64,000 nucleotides of DNA from an uncultured cyanobacterium (GTDB lineage: Bacteria; Cyanobacteriota; Cyanobacteriia; Cyanobacteriales; Cyanobacteriaceae): the NCBI GenBank assembly GCA_963749915.1, contig CAVVOP010000022.1, positions 576,001-640,000 on the forward strand. The letters run 5' to 3'. Position numbers and translations under genes: made by a program. Shown piece by piece: positions 28,865 through 39,987 of this stretch. The notes under the pieces were generated by a model. That model made no database searches. It worked only from the letters and a program-made list of their open reading frames with translations, and had not been told where the DNA came from. How positions within the stretch are numbered: the stretch's first letter is position 1; the number at the start of each line of letters is the position of its first letter.

Positions 28865-30106
28865 ATGTCTGATTGGCAAGTAATTGAAGGGGGTATCACC
28901 GCCCCTAAGGGCTTTAAATCTTCAGGAATTACCGCAGGATTAAAACCCTCCAAAGCACCAGATTTATCCTTAATTTACTCAGAAACCGATGCGATCGCCG
29001 CCGGGGTTTTTACCACTTCCGAAGTTCGTGCCGCTTGTGTAGATTATTGTCGCCAAAAATTACAAAAAAAGTCTAGTGCCAGAGCCATTATCTGTAATGC
29101 TGGTCAGGCCAATGCTGCCACTGGAGAACAAGGTTTGCAAGATGCTTTAGATACGGCTTCGGTTTTAGCTAAAGAATTAAATATCGATGCAGACTCCATT
29201 TTATTAGCCTCTACCGGGGTAATTGGACAACGCATCAAAATGGATATATTGATAAATGCCATACCTCAATTGGTGGCGGAATTATCGGAAAATGGTGGGG
29301 AGGCAACGGCAAAAGCCATTATTACCACTGACTTAGTTACCAAATCCATCGCCCTTGAAACTATGATAGATGATCGCCCAGTGCGCATTGGCGGTATTTC
29401 TAAAGGTTCGGGGATGATTCACCCTAATATGGCTACTATGCTTGGTTTTATTACCTGTGATGCGGCGGTTTCTACTCAACTATGGCAACAAATGTTAAAA
29501 CGGGCGACGGATAAGAGTTTTAATCAAATTACCGTTGACGGCGACACCAGCACTAATGATAGTTTAATCGCTCTTGCCAATGGGCAATCTCGCACCCCTG
29601 CTATTACTAGGTTAGACGAAAATGGGCAAAAATTAGAGGCGATGCTTACGGAAGTATGTCAACATTTAGCGAAGGCGATCGCCCGTGATGGTGAGGGTGC
29701 AACTTGTTTAATCGAAGTAGAGGTGCAAGGCGCTAACGATGAAGCCTCCGCCCGTCAAATAGCTAAAACCATTGTGGGATCATCCCTCGTGAAATCGGCC
29801 ATTTTTGGACGAGATCCTAATTGGGGCAGAATTGCCGCCGCCGCAGGTCGAGCGGGAGTAGCATTTAACCAAAATGATTTAATGATTAAACTTGGTGACT
29901 TTTTGTTAATGGAAAGAGGACAACCTCAAGCTTTCGATCGCCAAGGTGCAAGTAATTATCTTAAACAAGCCGCCGCTGGGGAATATTTAAAAACAGACAC
30001 TGTCACGATTTCTGTGACTGTGGGTAACGGTTCGGGAGTTGGAAAGGCTTGGGGCTGTGATTTGAGCTACGATTACGTCAAGATTAACGCTGAATATACA
30101 ACTTAA
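28865..30106 (+). CDS. argJ: Bifunctional ornithine acetyltransferase/N-acetylglutamate synthase
   Basis: KGSGMIHPNMATML, DTSTND, DPNWGR, GCDLS..YV.IN. Confidence 0.95.
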   Translation: MSDWQVIEGGITAPKGFKSSGITAGLKPSKAPDLSLIYSETDAIAAGVFTTSEVRAACVDYCRQKLQKKSSARAIICNAGQANAATGEQGLQDALDTASVLAKELNIDADSILLASTGVIGQRIKMDILINAIPQLVAELSENGGEATAKAIITTDLVTKSIALETMIDDRPVRIGGISKGSGMIHPNMATMLGFITCDAAVSTQLWQQMLKRATDKSFNQITVDGDTSTNDSLIALANGQSRTPAITRLDENGQKLEAMLTEVCQHLAKAIARDGEGATCLIEVEVQGANDEASARQIAKTIVGSSLVKSAIFGRDPNWGRIAAAAGRAGVAFNQNDLMIKLGDFLLMERGQPQAFDRQGASNYLKQAAAGEYLKTDTVTISVTVGNGSGVGKAWGCDLSYDYVKINAEYTT

Positions 30107-30119
30107 CAATGAACAATAA

Positions 30120-30674
30120 ATGGAGAATATTTTAAGAGGTTTAAACGTTTATTTGATAGGTATGATGGGTTCAGGTAAAACTACTGTAGGCAAGTTATTA
30201 GCAGAAAAATTACATTATCGTTTCTTAGATACCGATTCCATCATCGAAAAAGTCAGCCAAAAAACCATTAATCAAATTTTTGCCGAAGAAGGAGAAGCGA
30301 GTTTCCGTCAATTAGAAAGTGATGTTTTAAAGGAAGTTTCTGCTTATATTCGCACCGTTATCGCCACGGGGGGGGGTATTATTCTCCTTCAGAATAATTG
30401 GAGTCACTTGCGTGATGGTATAGTTATTTGGTTAGATTTACCTGTAAATGTATTAGTCAAAAGATTGGCCGGTGATAACACTCGCCCATTATTACATCAA
30501 GAAGAGTTAACCGCAAAATTAACAGATTTACTACAACAAAGACAGTCATTGTATCAACAAGCTGATATTACCCTTCCTCTCAGCGATAAAGATACCCCTG
30601 AAGATATTGTCAACAAATTACTTAGGGAAATTCCCCTTCACGTCAAGCCAGAGTTTAACCCAGATTTAAATTAA
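30120..30674 (+). CDS. aroK: Shikimate kinase
   Basis: GMMGSGKTT, GE..FR, ATGGG, RPLL. Confidence 0.92.
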   Translation: MENILRGLNVYLIGMMGSGKTTVGKLLAEKLHYRFLDTDSIIEKVSQKTINQIFAEEGEASFRQLESDVLKEVSAYIRTVIATGGGIILLQNNWSHLRDGIVIWLDLPVNVLVKRLAGDNTRPLLHQEELTAKLTDLLQQRQSLYQQADITLPLSDKDTPEDIVNKLLREIPLHVKPEFNPDLN

Positions 30675-30718
30675 AAATTAACAACTAATTTATCATAACT
30701 ACTGTAGAAGAACCACAA

Positions 30719-32986
30719 TTATAATCGATTTTCGATGGCATTTGACCAAGTATTAGTTATAGTCTTAACATCTAAATTAATCAGATTATTAATACTTAAA
30801 ACCGTTGATTTTACTTGCCCAATTTGTTGCCAGCTATTGCCTAGTTTTTTTGTTAATAAAGTATTCCATTGGGCCTTATTTTCGGGCTTAATCGACACAA
30901 TAATGAAACTCGCTAATTCTCCGAATAAAACATTATCTAAACGAGTATTAATTGCTGGTAAAGTCACTTCACAGCCTAAATTACCACTGATGCAGCACTC
31001 CGCTAAAGCCACAGAAATCCCTCCTTCCGTGCAATCATGAGCAGATTTAACAAAACCTTGGCGAATACCCTCACGACAAACCATTTGTACCTGTTTTTCT
31101 AACTTATAATCCAGTTCTGGTGGTTTTCCAGCTACGATATTGTGAATAGTAGCTAAATATTCCGATGCACCTAAATTGGGGCTAAATTTACCCAAAATAT
31201 AGATTAAATCGCCTTCTTTTTGCCAACCCTGCCCACAAATTTTGTTGATGTCAGGAATTAACCCCACCATGCCAATAACGGGGGTTGGGTAAATGGGTTG
31301 GGGGTTGCCTTCACTGTCAACGGTTTCGTTATACAAGGAGACATTACCGCCTGTTACGGGGGTGTTAAACTCTCCACAAGCCTCTGAAATTCCCCGACAA
31401 GCGTGGTGTAACTGCCAATAACCGGTGGGTTTTTCAGGGCTACCAAAATTAAGATTATCTGTAACTGCAATAGGTTCAGCTCCAACACAACTCAAGTTAC
31501 GGGCGGCCTCAGCTACGGCTAATTTTGCCCCCAAATACGGATCTAAATATACATAACGGGGGTTGCAGTCAGTAGTTGCTGCTATGGCTGTCTTGGCTAA
31601 CTCTGGCTTACTGCTAAGAGGGCGCACTCTAATGATTGCCGCATCTGCACCGCCCGGAAGCATTACGGTGTTATTTTGTACCTGGTGATCATATTGACGA
31701 TATATCCACCGTTTCGAGGCAATGGTAGGAGTATCTAACAAATTTAAGAGAATTTGCCCCCAATTTTCACCATTAACGCCGTTTTTCTCTACTTTTGTTA
31801 ATTCTGCTTCTGTCCAAAACCCTGCTTTCCTTGCATATTCTGGAGGATTTATCAAGACTTGATGATGATAAATGGGGGTATTATCAGCTAAAGCAGTAGA
31901 TGGCACTTCGGCGGCGATGGTTCCCTGATGTAGTATTCTAACCATAGATTCAGGGATAACCTTACCGGCGACAACGGCATGAAGTCCCCACCTTTCAAAG
32001 ATATCGATCAATTCTTGTTCTCTGCCTTTTTGAGCCACAAAAAGCATTCTTTCTTGAGATTCCGACAGTAGGTACTCGTAGGGTGTCATGGCTTTTTCCC
32101 GTGCCGGAATTTTGTCTAAGTCTAACTCGATGCCAACCGCACCTTTTGCCGCCATTTCTGAGGTTGAGCAAGTAATTCCTGCCGCTCCCATATCTTGGGC
32201 CGCCACGACAGCACCTGTTTTAAAGGCTTCTAAACAGGCTTCTATTAGGGATTTTTCCAAGAAAGGATCCCCCACCTGTACTGCAGGGCGGTCATCTATG
32301 GATTCATGGGTTAATTCCGCACTGGCAAAACTCGCACCTCCCATGCCATCCCTACCGGTAGTGGAACCAACGTATAATACAGGGTTACCAATACCTGATG
32401 CCCCTGATTTAACTATGTCATCAGTTTCCATAAGTCCGATCGCCATAGCATTAACAAGGGGATTTCCACTATAAGCGGAGTTAAAATAAACCTCCCCACC
32501 GACAGTGGGTACGCCTACGCAATTACCATAATGTGATATTCCTTCTACAACTCCCTTAAAAATTCTTCGGGTTTGAGGATTATCTAAATTTCCAAAGCGC
32601 AAAGAGTTTAAAATAGCGATGGGACGTGCCCCCATAGTAAATATATCTCTTAAAATTCCCCCTACTCCTGTGGCGGCACCCTGGAAGGGTTCGATGGCAC
32701 TAGGATGATTATGGGATTCTATCTTGAAAGCTACCCTTAAACCGTTGCCAAAATCCACAACTCCGGCATTTTCCCCCGGTCCTACTAAAATGCGATCGCC
32801 TTCGGTGGGAAACTGGGATAGTAAAGGTTTTGAATTTTTATAACAACAATGTTCTGACCACATTACCCCAAACATTCCTAACTCTGCCTTGTTGGGATGT
32901 CTGCCTAATCTTTTGACGATTTCCTCATACTCTGCGGGTTTAATGCCTTCGGCGGCAATTTCTTGAGGGGTAAAGGGTGCGGACAT
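30719..32986 (-). CDS. purL: FGAM synthase subunit PurL
   Basis: [30 protein letters not shown]. Confidence 0.97.
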   Translation of the reverse strand: MSAPFTPQEIAAEGIKPAEYEEIVKRLGRHPNKAELGMFGVMWSEHCCYKNSKPLLSQFPTEGDRILVGPGENAGVVDFGNGLRVAFKIESHNHPSAIEPFQGAATGVGGILRDIFTMGARPIAILNSLRFGNLDNPQTRRIFKGVVEGISHYGNCVGVPTVGGEVYFNSAYSGNPLVNAMAIGLMETDDIVKSGASGIGNPVLYVGSTTGRDGMGGASFASAELTHESIDDRPAVQVGDPFLEKSLIEACLEAFKTGAVVAAQDMGAAGITCSTSEMAAKGAVGIELDLDKIPAREKAMTPYEYLLSESQERMLFVAQKGREQELIDIFERWGLHAVVAGKVIPESMVRILHQGTIAAEVPSTALADNTPIYHHQVLINPPEYARKAGFWTEAELTKVEKNGVNGENWGQILLNLLDTPTIASKRWIYRQYDHQVQNNTVMLPGGADAAIIRVRPLSSKPELAKTAIAATTDCNPRYVYLDPYLGAKLAVAEAARNLSCVGAEPIAVTDNLNFGSPEKPTGYWQLHHACRGISEACGEFNTPVTGGNVSLYNETVDSEGNPQPIYPTPVIGMVGLIPDINKICGQGWQKEGDLIYILGKFSPNLGASEYLATIHNIVAGKPPELDYKLEKQVQMVCREGIRQGFVKSAHDCTEGGISVALAECCISGNLGCEVTLPAINTRLDNVLFGELASFIIVSIKPENKAQWNTLLTKKLGNSWQQIGQVKSTVLSINNLINLDVKTITNTWSNAIENRL

Positions 32987-33310
32987 ATTTTTTCTAGATT
33001 AATTGATTTAATAACAATATATCAGCACCATTGGCAATGATCAATAAGTAAGCTCTTGGGCATCTAAATTCTTGGGGAAGACGAATGACAAATAATGGGG
33101 AAATTGATCAATATCTTTACAAAAACTTGATATACTCTGTGCATTCTGGGACTAAATTTTGAATATACTGGTGAAGATAAGGAATAATCCCTCGATCAAG
33201 GGGCAATAACAATGATAAAAAAACTCTCACCCTCAGAACATCATAACTAAAAAGATGATCTTTGTCGAAAGTTAAATCCCTACTTTTTGTCGTACTATAC
33301 TACTAATTTT

Positions 33311-35143
33311 ATGCAAACAATAAACAATAAAAAAAATAACAATAAGACTGACTCACTAGTTAAGGAGCTAAAAGATTTATTTAGTTACTTAAGTCATCGT
33401 CGTCGAGTTCAATTCGGGTTACTTATTATCCTGATGTTATTGTCTTCCCTGAGTGAAATGATTAGTTTGGGGGCAATTTTTCCCTTTCTGAGTGCCATAA
33501 GTAATCCAGAAAGGTTGTTAAATAATCCTCGATTACAATCTATTTTTGCTCTTTTCCAAATAGGTACGCCTAAACAGTTAATAACATCACTAGCGGTGGG
33601 GTTTGTCATCGCCATCTTTTTGGCTAATGGGTTGCGTTTATTGACATTGAATGTTCGCACTCGTTTCGCGGCTGCCTTGGGAGCAGATGTGAGCAATCAA
33701 ATTTATATGAAAACCCTACGACAACCTTATAGCTTTCATGTTATGCACAACTCCAGTGATTTAATGCAGACGGTGACAGGAGACACTGGAAAACTAACAA
33801 GTCAGATTTTGATGCCTACGATAACGTTTGTGAATAATGCTTTCCTAGTGCCATCTTTGATCGGAGCACTTTTCTTGATTGATGCGAAAATAGCCCTTAT
33901 TGCCGCAGTTTTTTTGGGTAGTTGTTACACTATCATTTATCGTACCCGGGAAAATTTACTCAAACGAAACAGTAAAATAATTTCTCAAGCGGGAAAACGA
34001 AGAATTAAAACGGTGCAAGAGGCTATAGGTGGCATTAGGGATGTACTATTAAGCCACAGTCAAGACTTTTTTGAGAAAAGCTATTGGAAGTCAGAAAATG
34101 CCCTGAGACAGGCAACAGCTACTAATGCCGTGATTTCTCAGTCCCCCACCTTCGTTCTGGAAGCAATAGCTTTATCTTCTATCGCCCTACTGGCTCTTAT
34201 TTTAGGTAGAAATGGAGATTTTAGTCAAGCAATTCCTATTTTAGGAAGTCTTGCCTTGGGGGCGAAAAGGCTATTACCTGCCTTGCAAGAACTGTTTTCT
34301 TGTGTAGCTAAAGTTCAGGGATCCAGAGCCTCTTTGACCAGGGTTTTAGTGGCATTACAACGTCCCGTAAAAACCCTAGTTCACACTGATTCGGTAACAA
34401 CGCCTTTACCGTTAGAGAAAGAAATACGATTAGACGGGATCTGGTTTCGCTATGGAGAAGATACGGACTGGGTATTACAGGATCTCAATCTAACCATCGC
34501 CGCTAAGACAACGGTGGCTTTTGTGGGCAGTACGGGCAGTGGTAAAAGTACCACGGCAGATTTAATTTTAGGTCTTCTGCAACCCCAAAAGGGCCGCATT
34601 CTAGTTGATGATTTACCCTTAGAAGGGGATGAGCGTTTATACCAATGGCAGAAAAATATCGCCCATGTACCTCAGTCTATTTTTCTGAGTGATGGTAGTA
34701 TTGCCGATAATATTGCTTTTGGTATTCCTTCCCAGCAGATTGATTTTGAACAGGTACGAAAAGCTGCTCGACTTGCTCAGATTGAGGAATTTATCGAGGG
34801 CTTACCAGCTAAATATGAGACCTATGTGGGGGAGAGGGGTATTCGTCTCAGTGGTGGGCAAAAACAACGGATTGGTATTGCTAGAGCTCTTTATGGTAAT
34901 GCCTCTGTGATTGTATTTGATGAGGCTACCAGTGCCTTGGACAATGCCACCGAGAAGGAGGTCATGGCTGCCATCGAAAGTTTGAGTCATCAGTTCACTA
35001 TTATTTTGATTGCCCATCGATTGAGCACCGTAGAGAAGTGCCATCGTATTTTTGAATTAAGTCAAGGTCAAGTGGTATCACAAGGTAACTATCAGGAACT
35101 TTTAGATAGTTCTGTTACTTTCAAACGGATGGCAACACTTTAA
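33311..35143 (+). CDS. ABC exporter, fused TMD+NBD (HepA/PglK-like polysaccharide or glycolipid exporter)
   Basis: TMD followed by GSTGSGKST, LSGGQKQR, FDEATS, IAHR. ATG 33311 is the likely start. Confidence 0.8.
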   Translation: MQTINNKKNNNKTDSLVKELKDLFSYLSHRRRVQFGLLIILMLLSSLSEMISLGAIFPFLSAISNPERLLNNPRLQSIFALFQIGTPKQLITSLAVGFVIAIFLANGLRLLTLNVRTRFAAALGADVSNQIYMKTLRQPYSFHVMHNSSDLMQTVTGDTGKLTSQILMPTITFVNNAFLVPSLIGALFLIDAKIALIAAVFLGSCYTIIYRTRENLLKRNSKIISQAGKRRIKTVQEAIGGIRDVLLSHSQDFFEKSYWKSENALRQATATNAVISQSPTFVLEAIALSSIALLALILGRNGDFSQAIPILGSLALGAKRLLPALQELFSCVAKVQGSRASLTRVLVALQRPVKTLVHTDSVTTPLPLEKEIRLDGIWFRYGEDTDWVLQDLNLTIAAKTTVAFVGSTGSGKSTTADLILGLLQPQKGRILVDDLPLEGDERLYQWQKNIAHVPQSIFLSDGSIADNIAFGIPSQQIDFEQVRKAARLAQIEEFIEGLPAKYETYVGERGIRLSGGQKQRIGIARALYGNASVIVFDEATSALDNATEKEVMAAIESLSHQFTIILIAHRLSTVEKCHRIFELSQGQVVSQGNYQELLDSSVTFKRMATL

Positions 35144-35328
35144 AGTCTTTCCTTTGAGAAAGGCAATAGTTCTCTTACATCACTTTGTCTATGAATTGTG
35201 TGATTCTTTGATGTTGAGAAAAATCTTTGATAGCCGTCAGATTTAGGTAAAATAATGTTAAGTTATGAACTAGAATTATTAGTGATAGTGTATAGAGCAG
35301 ATTAGTAAAAGAAATATCAACAAGTAAT

Positions 35329-36462
35329 ATGCCAGGTGACTACTACGAAATATTGGGCGTTCCCCGTACAGCAACAAAGGACGATTTAAAATCGGCCTAC
35401 CGTAAAATGGCACGGAAATATCACCCTGATGTCAATAAAGATCCGAATGCTGAAGAACGTTTCAAAGAAATTAATCGTGCCTATGAAGTGTTATCCGAAC
35501 CTGAAACAAAGGCTCGTTACGATCGCTTTGGGGAAGCAGGGGTTTCTGGGGCAGGATCCGGAGGTGTAGGTTTTGATCCTACAGATATGGGCGGATTTGC
35601 TGATATTTTTGAGACTTTTTTCGGCGGTGGTTTCGGAGGCGGCACAAGTACCAGCACTCGTCGTCGCGGTCCCACAAGGGGGGATGACTTACGTCTCGAT
35701 TTGAGATTAAAATTCCGAGAGGCAGTTTTTGGCGGTGAAAAAGAGATTAAAATTCCCCACCTAGAAACCTGTCAAACCTGTAACGGTAGTGGTGCTAAAA
35801 ATGGAAGCGCTCCGAAAACTTGTAGTACCTGTGGCGGAACTGGTCAAGTACGAAGGGCTACGAGAACTCCTTTTGGTAGTTTTGCTCAAGTTTCAACTTG
35901 TCCTACCTGTAACGGTGAAGGGCAAATTATTGAGGAAAAATGCGATTCTTGTGCTGGTCAAGGTAGAAAACAGGTTAATAAAAAGCTCAAAATTACGATT
36001 CCGGCCGGAGTTGACACTGGCACACGTTTAAGAGTGAGTGGTGAGGGTGACGCTGGTACTCGTGGGGGTCCTGCTGGGGATTTATATGTTTACTTATCCG
36101 TAGAGACTGATTCCCATTTCAAGCGGGAAGGCAACAATATTTTGTCAGAAATTAGTATTAGCTATTTACAAGCAATTCTCGGTTGCCGTTTGAAAGTTCC
36201 CACCATTGATGGCGATCATGAAATTATCATCCCTTCTGGATTACAACCAAATACAGTGATGACTTTAGAGGATAAAGGTGTGCCTAAACTTGGTAATTCT
36301 GTCAGTCGTGGGGATCACTTATTAACAATAAAAGTAGAAATTCCTAATAAAATTAATTCTGAAGAACGAGAATTATTGGAAAAACTGGCTCAAATAAAAG
36401 GAGAACATACTTCTAAAAGAGGCTTTGAAGGATTCTTCGAAAGTATATTTCATCATAAATAA
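35329..36462 (+). CDS. dnaJ: Chaperone DnaJ (type I)
   Basis: HPD motif, G/F region, four CxxCxGxG repeats. Confidence 0.97.
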   Translation: MPGDYYEILGVPRTATKDDLKSAYRKMARKYHPDVNKDPNAEERFKEINRAYEVLSEPETKARYDRFGEAGVSGAGSGGVGFDPTDMGGFADIFETFFGGGFGGGTSTSTRRRGPTRGDDLRLDLRLKFREAVFGGEKEIKIPHLETCQTCNGSGAKNGSAPKTCSTCGGTGQVRRATRTPFGSFAQVSTCPTCNGEGQIIEEKCDSCAGQGRKQVNKKLKITIPAGVDTGTRLRVSGEGDAGTRGGPAGDLYVYLSVETDSHFKREGNNILSEISISYLQAILGCRLKVPTIDGDHEIIIPSGLQPNTVMTLEDKGVPKLGNSVSRGDHLLTIKVEIPNKINSEERELLEKLAQIKGEHTSKRGFEGFFESIFHHK

Positions 36463-36506
36463 TTAGTAATTAGCAATTGACAATTAATTTTCTTTTATTC
36501 TATTTT

Positions 36507-36725
36507 ATGAATCAAAAACTAGACTTAAGAGGCACACCCTGCCCCATTAATTTTGTCCGCAGTAAGTTACAACTAAAAAAAATGTCGTCAGGAGAGTTGC
36601 TCGAAATTTGGTTAGATGCAGGCGAACCCATCGAACAAGTACCGAATAGCTTAAGTATGGAAGGTTACATGATAGAAGGAATAGAGGATCAAGGGGGTTT
36701 CTTTAGTCTGTCGGTTCGGGCTTAG
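36507..36725 (+). CDS. tusA: Sulfurtransferase TusA/SirA family
   Basis: LDLRGTPCPIN motif; ATG 36507. Confidence 0.8.
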   Translation: MNQKLDLRGTPCPINFVRSKLQLKKMSSGELLEIWLDAGEPIEQVPNSLSMEGYMIEGIEDQGGFFSLSVRA

Positions 36726-36733
36726 TTTCGATT

Positions 36734-37825
36734 ATGGTTACACCGCAATGGTCTTCTCCCGAAGAACCTGAGTTATTTACAGGTACGGTTATCGCTGCCC
36801 AAGCTAATTTTTATCAAGTGCGCTTAGATTCTCAACAAGAATCTCTTTTGTGTACAAGACCTACGCGGTTAAAAAAGATTGGACAATTGGTCTTAGTAGG
36901 GGATCGAGTTATGGTTAAATCTAGGGAGTTTGAACGGGGTGCGATCGCTGAAGTGTTACCCAGAAAGACGAAGTTAGAACGCCCCCCCATAGCCAACGCC
37001 GAACAAATTTTATTAGTATTTGCCTTAGAAGAACCTACATTAGATCCTGTACAACTAAGCCGTTTTTTAGTCAAGGCAGAATCCACAAATTTAAGGCTAT
37101 TATTGGGGTTGAATAAAGCAGACCTAATTGCCCTCCATGAGAAAGAAGCGTGGCAAACAAGGCTCAAAAACTGGGGCTATGAAGGCCATTTTTTTAGTGT
37201 TAATACTGGGGAGGGGGTCGAAGAACTAAAAGAAATTTTACAGCATAAGATTACGATTTTAGCGGGTCCTAGCGGTGTCGGTAAGTCGAGTTTAGCCTCT
37301 TTATTGATACCTAAATTAGATATTCGTATCGGTGCAGTTTCGGGTAAGCTACATAAGGGTCGTCATACCACCCGTCATGTAGAATTATTTGAACTTATAG
37401 AAGGTGGTTTTATCGCTGACAGTCCGGGTTTCAACCAACCGAATTTTAATTTTTCCTCTGAATCTCTAATTAACTTTTTTCCCGAAGCTAGATCAAGATT
37501 GGCAGAAAATACCTGTAAATTTCATAATTGTATTCATAAAGATGAGCCTGGTTGTGCCGTTAAAGGAGAATGGGAACGTTATCAATATTACCTCAAATTT
37601 TTAGAAGAAGCGATCGCCTACTCAGAAAAAATTCTCCATAAACGAGAAGAAGAATCAACACTGAAGACGAAAATAAAAGCCTCCGGGAAAAAATATAATG
37701 AACCAAAATTAGAAGCTAAAAAATACCGTCGGGTTTCTCGTAAAGTTAGTAATCAAAAATTAGAAGATTTATATACTTCTCAATCTCTTAATTCTCCTGA
37801 TGATGAAATGGATTTCGATGGTTGA
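36734..37825 (+). CDS. rsgA: Ribosome small subunit-dependent GTPase A
   Basis: NKAD, GPSGVGKSS, GRHTT, DSPG, C-x4-C-x-H-x5-C zinc site. Confidence 0.95.
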   Translation: MVTPQWSSPEEPELFTGTVIAAQANFYQVRLDSQQESLLCTRPTRLKKIGQLVLVGDRVMVKSREFERGAIAEVLPRKTKLERPPIANAEQILLVFALEEPTLDPVQLSRFLVKAESTNLRLLLGLNKADLIALHEKEAWQTRLKNWGYEGHFFSVNTGEGVEELKEILQHKITILAGPSGVGKSSLASLLIPKLDIRIGAVSGKLHKGRHTTRHVELFELIEGGFIADSPGFNQPNFNFSSESLINFFPEARSRLAENTCKFHNCIHKDEPGCAVKGEWERYQYYLKFLEEAIAYSEKILHKREEESTLKTKIKASGKKYNEPKLEAKKYRRVSRKVSNQKLEDLYTSQSLNSPDDEMDFDG

Positions 37826-37970
37826 ATGAGGACCTCTTCAAGAATTTGTGAAAATAAATAATCTCATCCCGAAGGTGGTTTCTTTCTTAAATCCAAGAGA
37901 GGGGGAAGATGGGGAAGATTCCTCAACCAAAGAATAGGCTTTTCACTCCCTTGTCTACTTTCCTTCCTCT

Positions 37971-38021
37971 CTTGGTCAGCATTCCCTTGCGACTGTCGTC
38001 GTCGCGGGGTCTGACCGCTTG
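37971..38021. repeat. 43-bp stem-loop element flanked by CTTG direct repeats within CCTTGTC-type repeats
   Basis: GGTCAG...CCTTGCGAC-loop-GTCGCGGGG.CTGACC, with CTTG at 37971 and 38018. Confidence 0.55.
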
Positions 38022-38087
38022 TCCTCCTTGTCTTGTCAACACCCAATTATAAAAAACCTACCCTTGTAAGCTGCCTTCTGCCTCCTG

Positions 38088-38147
38088 ACTTGAAAGTGCC
38101 AACTTTCATCTCCGATGGTGAAAATTTTTTTTTCATGGAGACTGCCT
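38088..38147. repeat. Third copy of the ~55-bp palindromic mini-element, inside a CTGCCT(T/C) heptamer array
   Basis: Differs from 52-110 by one substitution and one extra T. Confidence 0.9.
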
Positions 38148-38150
38148 TCT

Positions 38151-39884
38151 TTAACGTACTTGTTTCAAACTTTCCACTTTCTTGGTGAATAGTTCTGTAA
38201 ATAGACTCAACACCGTACGATTTTCTTTGACTTTGATGTTGACACTCACGGACATCCCTGATTGTAAGACGACGGGTTCGCCTCTGATGACTAATTCTTG
38301 GGCATCTAATTCTATTTTCACGGGGAAACGATAGAAGTTATAAATTTGATCGGGGGGTAGTGCATCTGACCCTACAAAATAAACCTTGCCCTTTATATCC
38401 CCAAATTCACTGTAGGGAAAAGAATCGATTCTGACATCACTATCTTGTCCTAGTTGTACAAAACCTATATCTTGGTTAGTAACATAGACTTCAGCTATTA
38501 AAGGATTATCAGGACCGGGATCCGGTACAATTTTTAGTAATGCTTCTGATTGTCCTGTTTTAGGCACAAATCCGGGGCCTGCTTGTAAGTCAAACACGAC
38601 ACCGGATACCGGGGCTTTTAATTCTTGATATTTAATGGTTTGTTTCGCACTACTGATCTGACTGTTAGTTTCGGCGATACGTTTTTCATTATCGACAATG
38701 ACTTTATTAATTTGACTGTCTAACTCTGCAATACGTTGACTGTTGACTGCCATGCGATCGCGCACATCTTTTTCTGTAATAGCAAGAGTATTTTTAAATT
38801 GTTCTTCTGCTTGATTGATATTAAGACGCAAACGAGCCTTTTCTTCTTCTAATTGTCGAATTTCCGCTAAACGAGTTTCTACTTGTTGCTTTTGGTTTTC
38901 AAACTCAATTTTACCATTGGCTTTGCGATCGACTAAATCTGTCTTTCTATCTTGTACTTGTTGTTTTTGTCGCTCAATTTGAATTTTGGCTAATGCACCT
39001 TCTTCCGATAGCGGTTTGATACTATCGAGAATTTCTTGATCGATCCTCAAACTTTCTTCCGCTTCAACGATCGATTTTTCGTTACGATTTTCGATTTCTC
39101 TTAAAACTTTGCGATCATTAATTACTTGTTTTTGAGCATCAGCTAATCTAACTTCAGTTTGAGTAAGTTGTTTTTCTAATTGTTGAGCCTCTAATTTTGC
39201 TGCACCAGAACGGGAATTTAATTCGGAAAAAGCCGCTTGTAGTCTCGAAATTTGCTCGGGTTTGAGATCCCCAATCTTACCAGTACCTTCAGATAATTGT
39301 ATCTGATATAATTGATTTTCTGCTACCAATTCGGCTCTATTTAAGGCCAAGGCTTGTATTTCTGGAGGCAATTCTAACTTTCTAATAGCCTGTTGTATTT
39401 CTGAAGGACTTAACAAAGAATTAATTAAAGTACGATAAAATTTGTTTTCTTGAACTAAAGAGTTTCTGATTTTTTCCAGAGATTGTAATTGTGCTTCCGT
39501 TGCTTCCGAATCGAATATTAAAAGAGAATCTCCTTTTTCGATACGTTGTCCATCTTCCACGTTAACTTCCCGCACCACCCCATTCAATGGGGCTTGAATT
39601 TCCTGAACAGTGGTTTTCGGTTTCAATTGTCCTCTTGCGGTTACAACTTGCTCTATTTTGGCGATGGCAGCCCAAGCAACGGCAAATACCGTCACGCCCA
39701 TAATACTCCATGCCATAGTCCGTGACCAGATGGGAGATTGTTTGAGTATGACGTCTTTTTCAAAATCAGAAGTATCTAGGTTAATTTTCGACTCTTCAAT
39801 TTGATTTTTACTGTTAGTATCAGCAGAATTTTTCTGTAATAAGGTATCTATTTTTGTGGGATTGTTACCGTTACCGTTAGTCAT
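38151..39884 (-). CDS. HlyD family type I secretion membrane fusion protein
   Basis: Single TM helix, long coiled coil, APVSG, DIGFV..GQ, GMSV.V.IK. Confidence 0.9.
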   Translation of the reverse strand: MTNGNGNNPTKIDTLLQKNSADTNSKNQIEESKINLDTSDFEKDVILKQSPIWSRTMAWSIMGVTVFAVAWAAIAKIEQVVTARGQLKPKTTVQEIQAPLNGVVREVNVEDGQRIEKGDSLLIFDSEATEAQLQSLEKIRNSLVQENKFYRTLINSLLSPSEIQQAIRKLELPPEIQALALNRAELVAENQLYQIQLSEGTGKIGDLKPEQISRLQAAFSELNSRSGAAKLEAQQLEKQLTQTEVRLADAQKQVINDRKVLREIENRNEKSIVEAEESLRIDQEILDSIKPLSEEGALAKIQIERQKQQVQDRKTDLVDRKANGKIEFENQKQQVETRLAEIRQLEEEKARLRLNINQAEEQFKNTLAITEKDVRDRMAVNSQRIAELDSQINKVIVDNEKRIAETNSQISSAKQTIKYQELKAPVSGVVFDLQAGPGFVPKTGQSEALLKIVPDPGPDNPLIAEVYVTNQDIGFVQLGQDSDVRIDSFPYSEFGDIKGKVYFVGSDALPPDQIYNFYRFPVKIELDAQELVIRGEPVVLQSGMSVSVNIKVKENRTVLSLFTELFTKKVESLKQVR

Positions 39885-39927
39885 AAATTTTAATGGATAA
39901 TGGATGATGGATAATTTGTGTCCTAGT

Positions 39928-39981
39928 CCTCAAATTTGAGGGAATAAGAAAATCAAGTCCCCAAAATTAGGGATTTAGGAG
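39928..39981. repeat. Cyanobacterial CCCCAAAATTGGGG-type palindromic repeat pair (degenerate)
   Basis: Perfect palindrome CCTCAAATTTGAGG followed by AGTCCCCAAAATTAGGGATTTAGGAG. Confidence 0.45.
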
Positions 39982-39987
39982 TGGAAT

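Noticed and set aside
37864..38046. 60-aa minus-strand ORF between rsgA and hlyD
   Set aside because: Made of heptamer repeats and a stem-loop element; no protein-like features.
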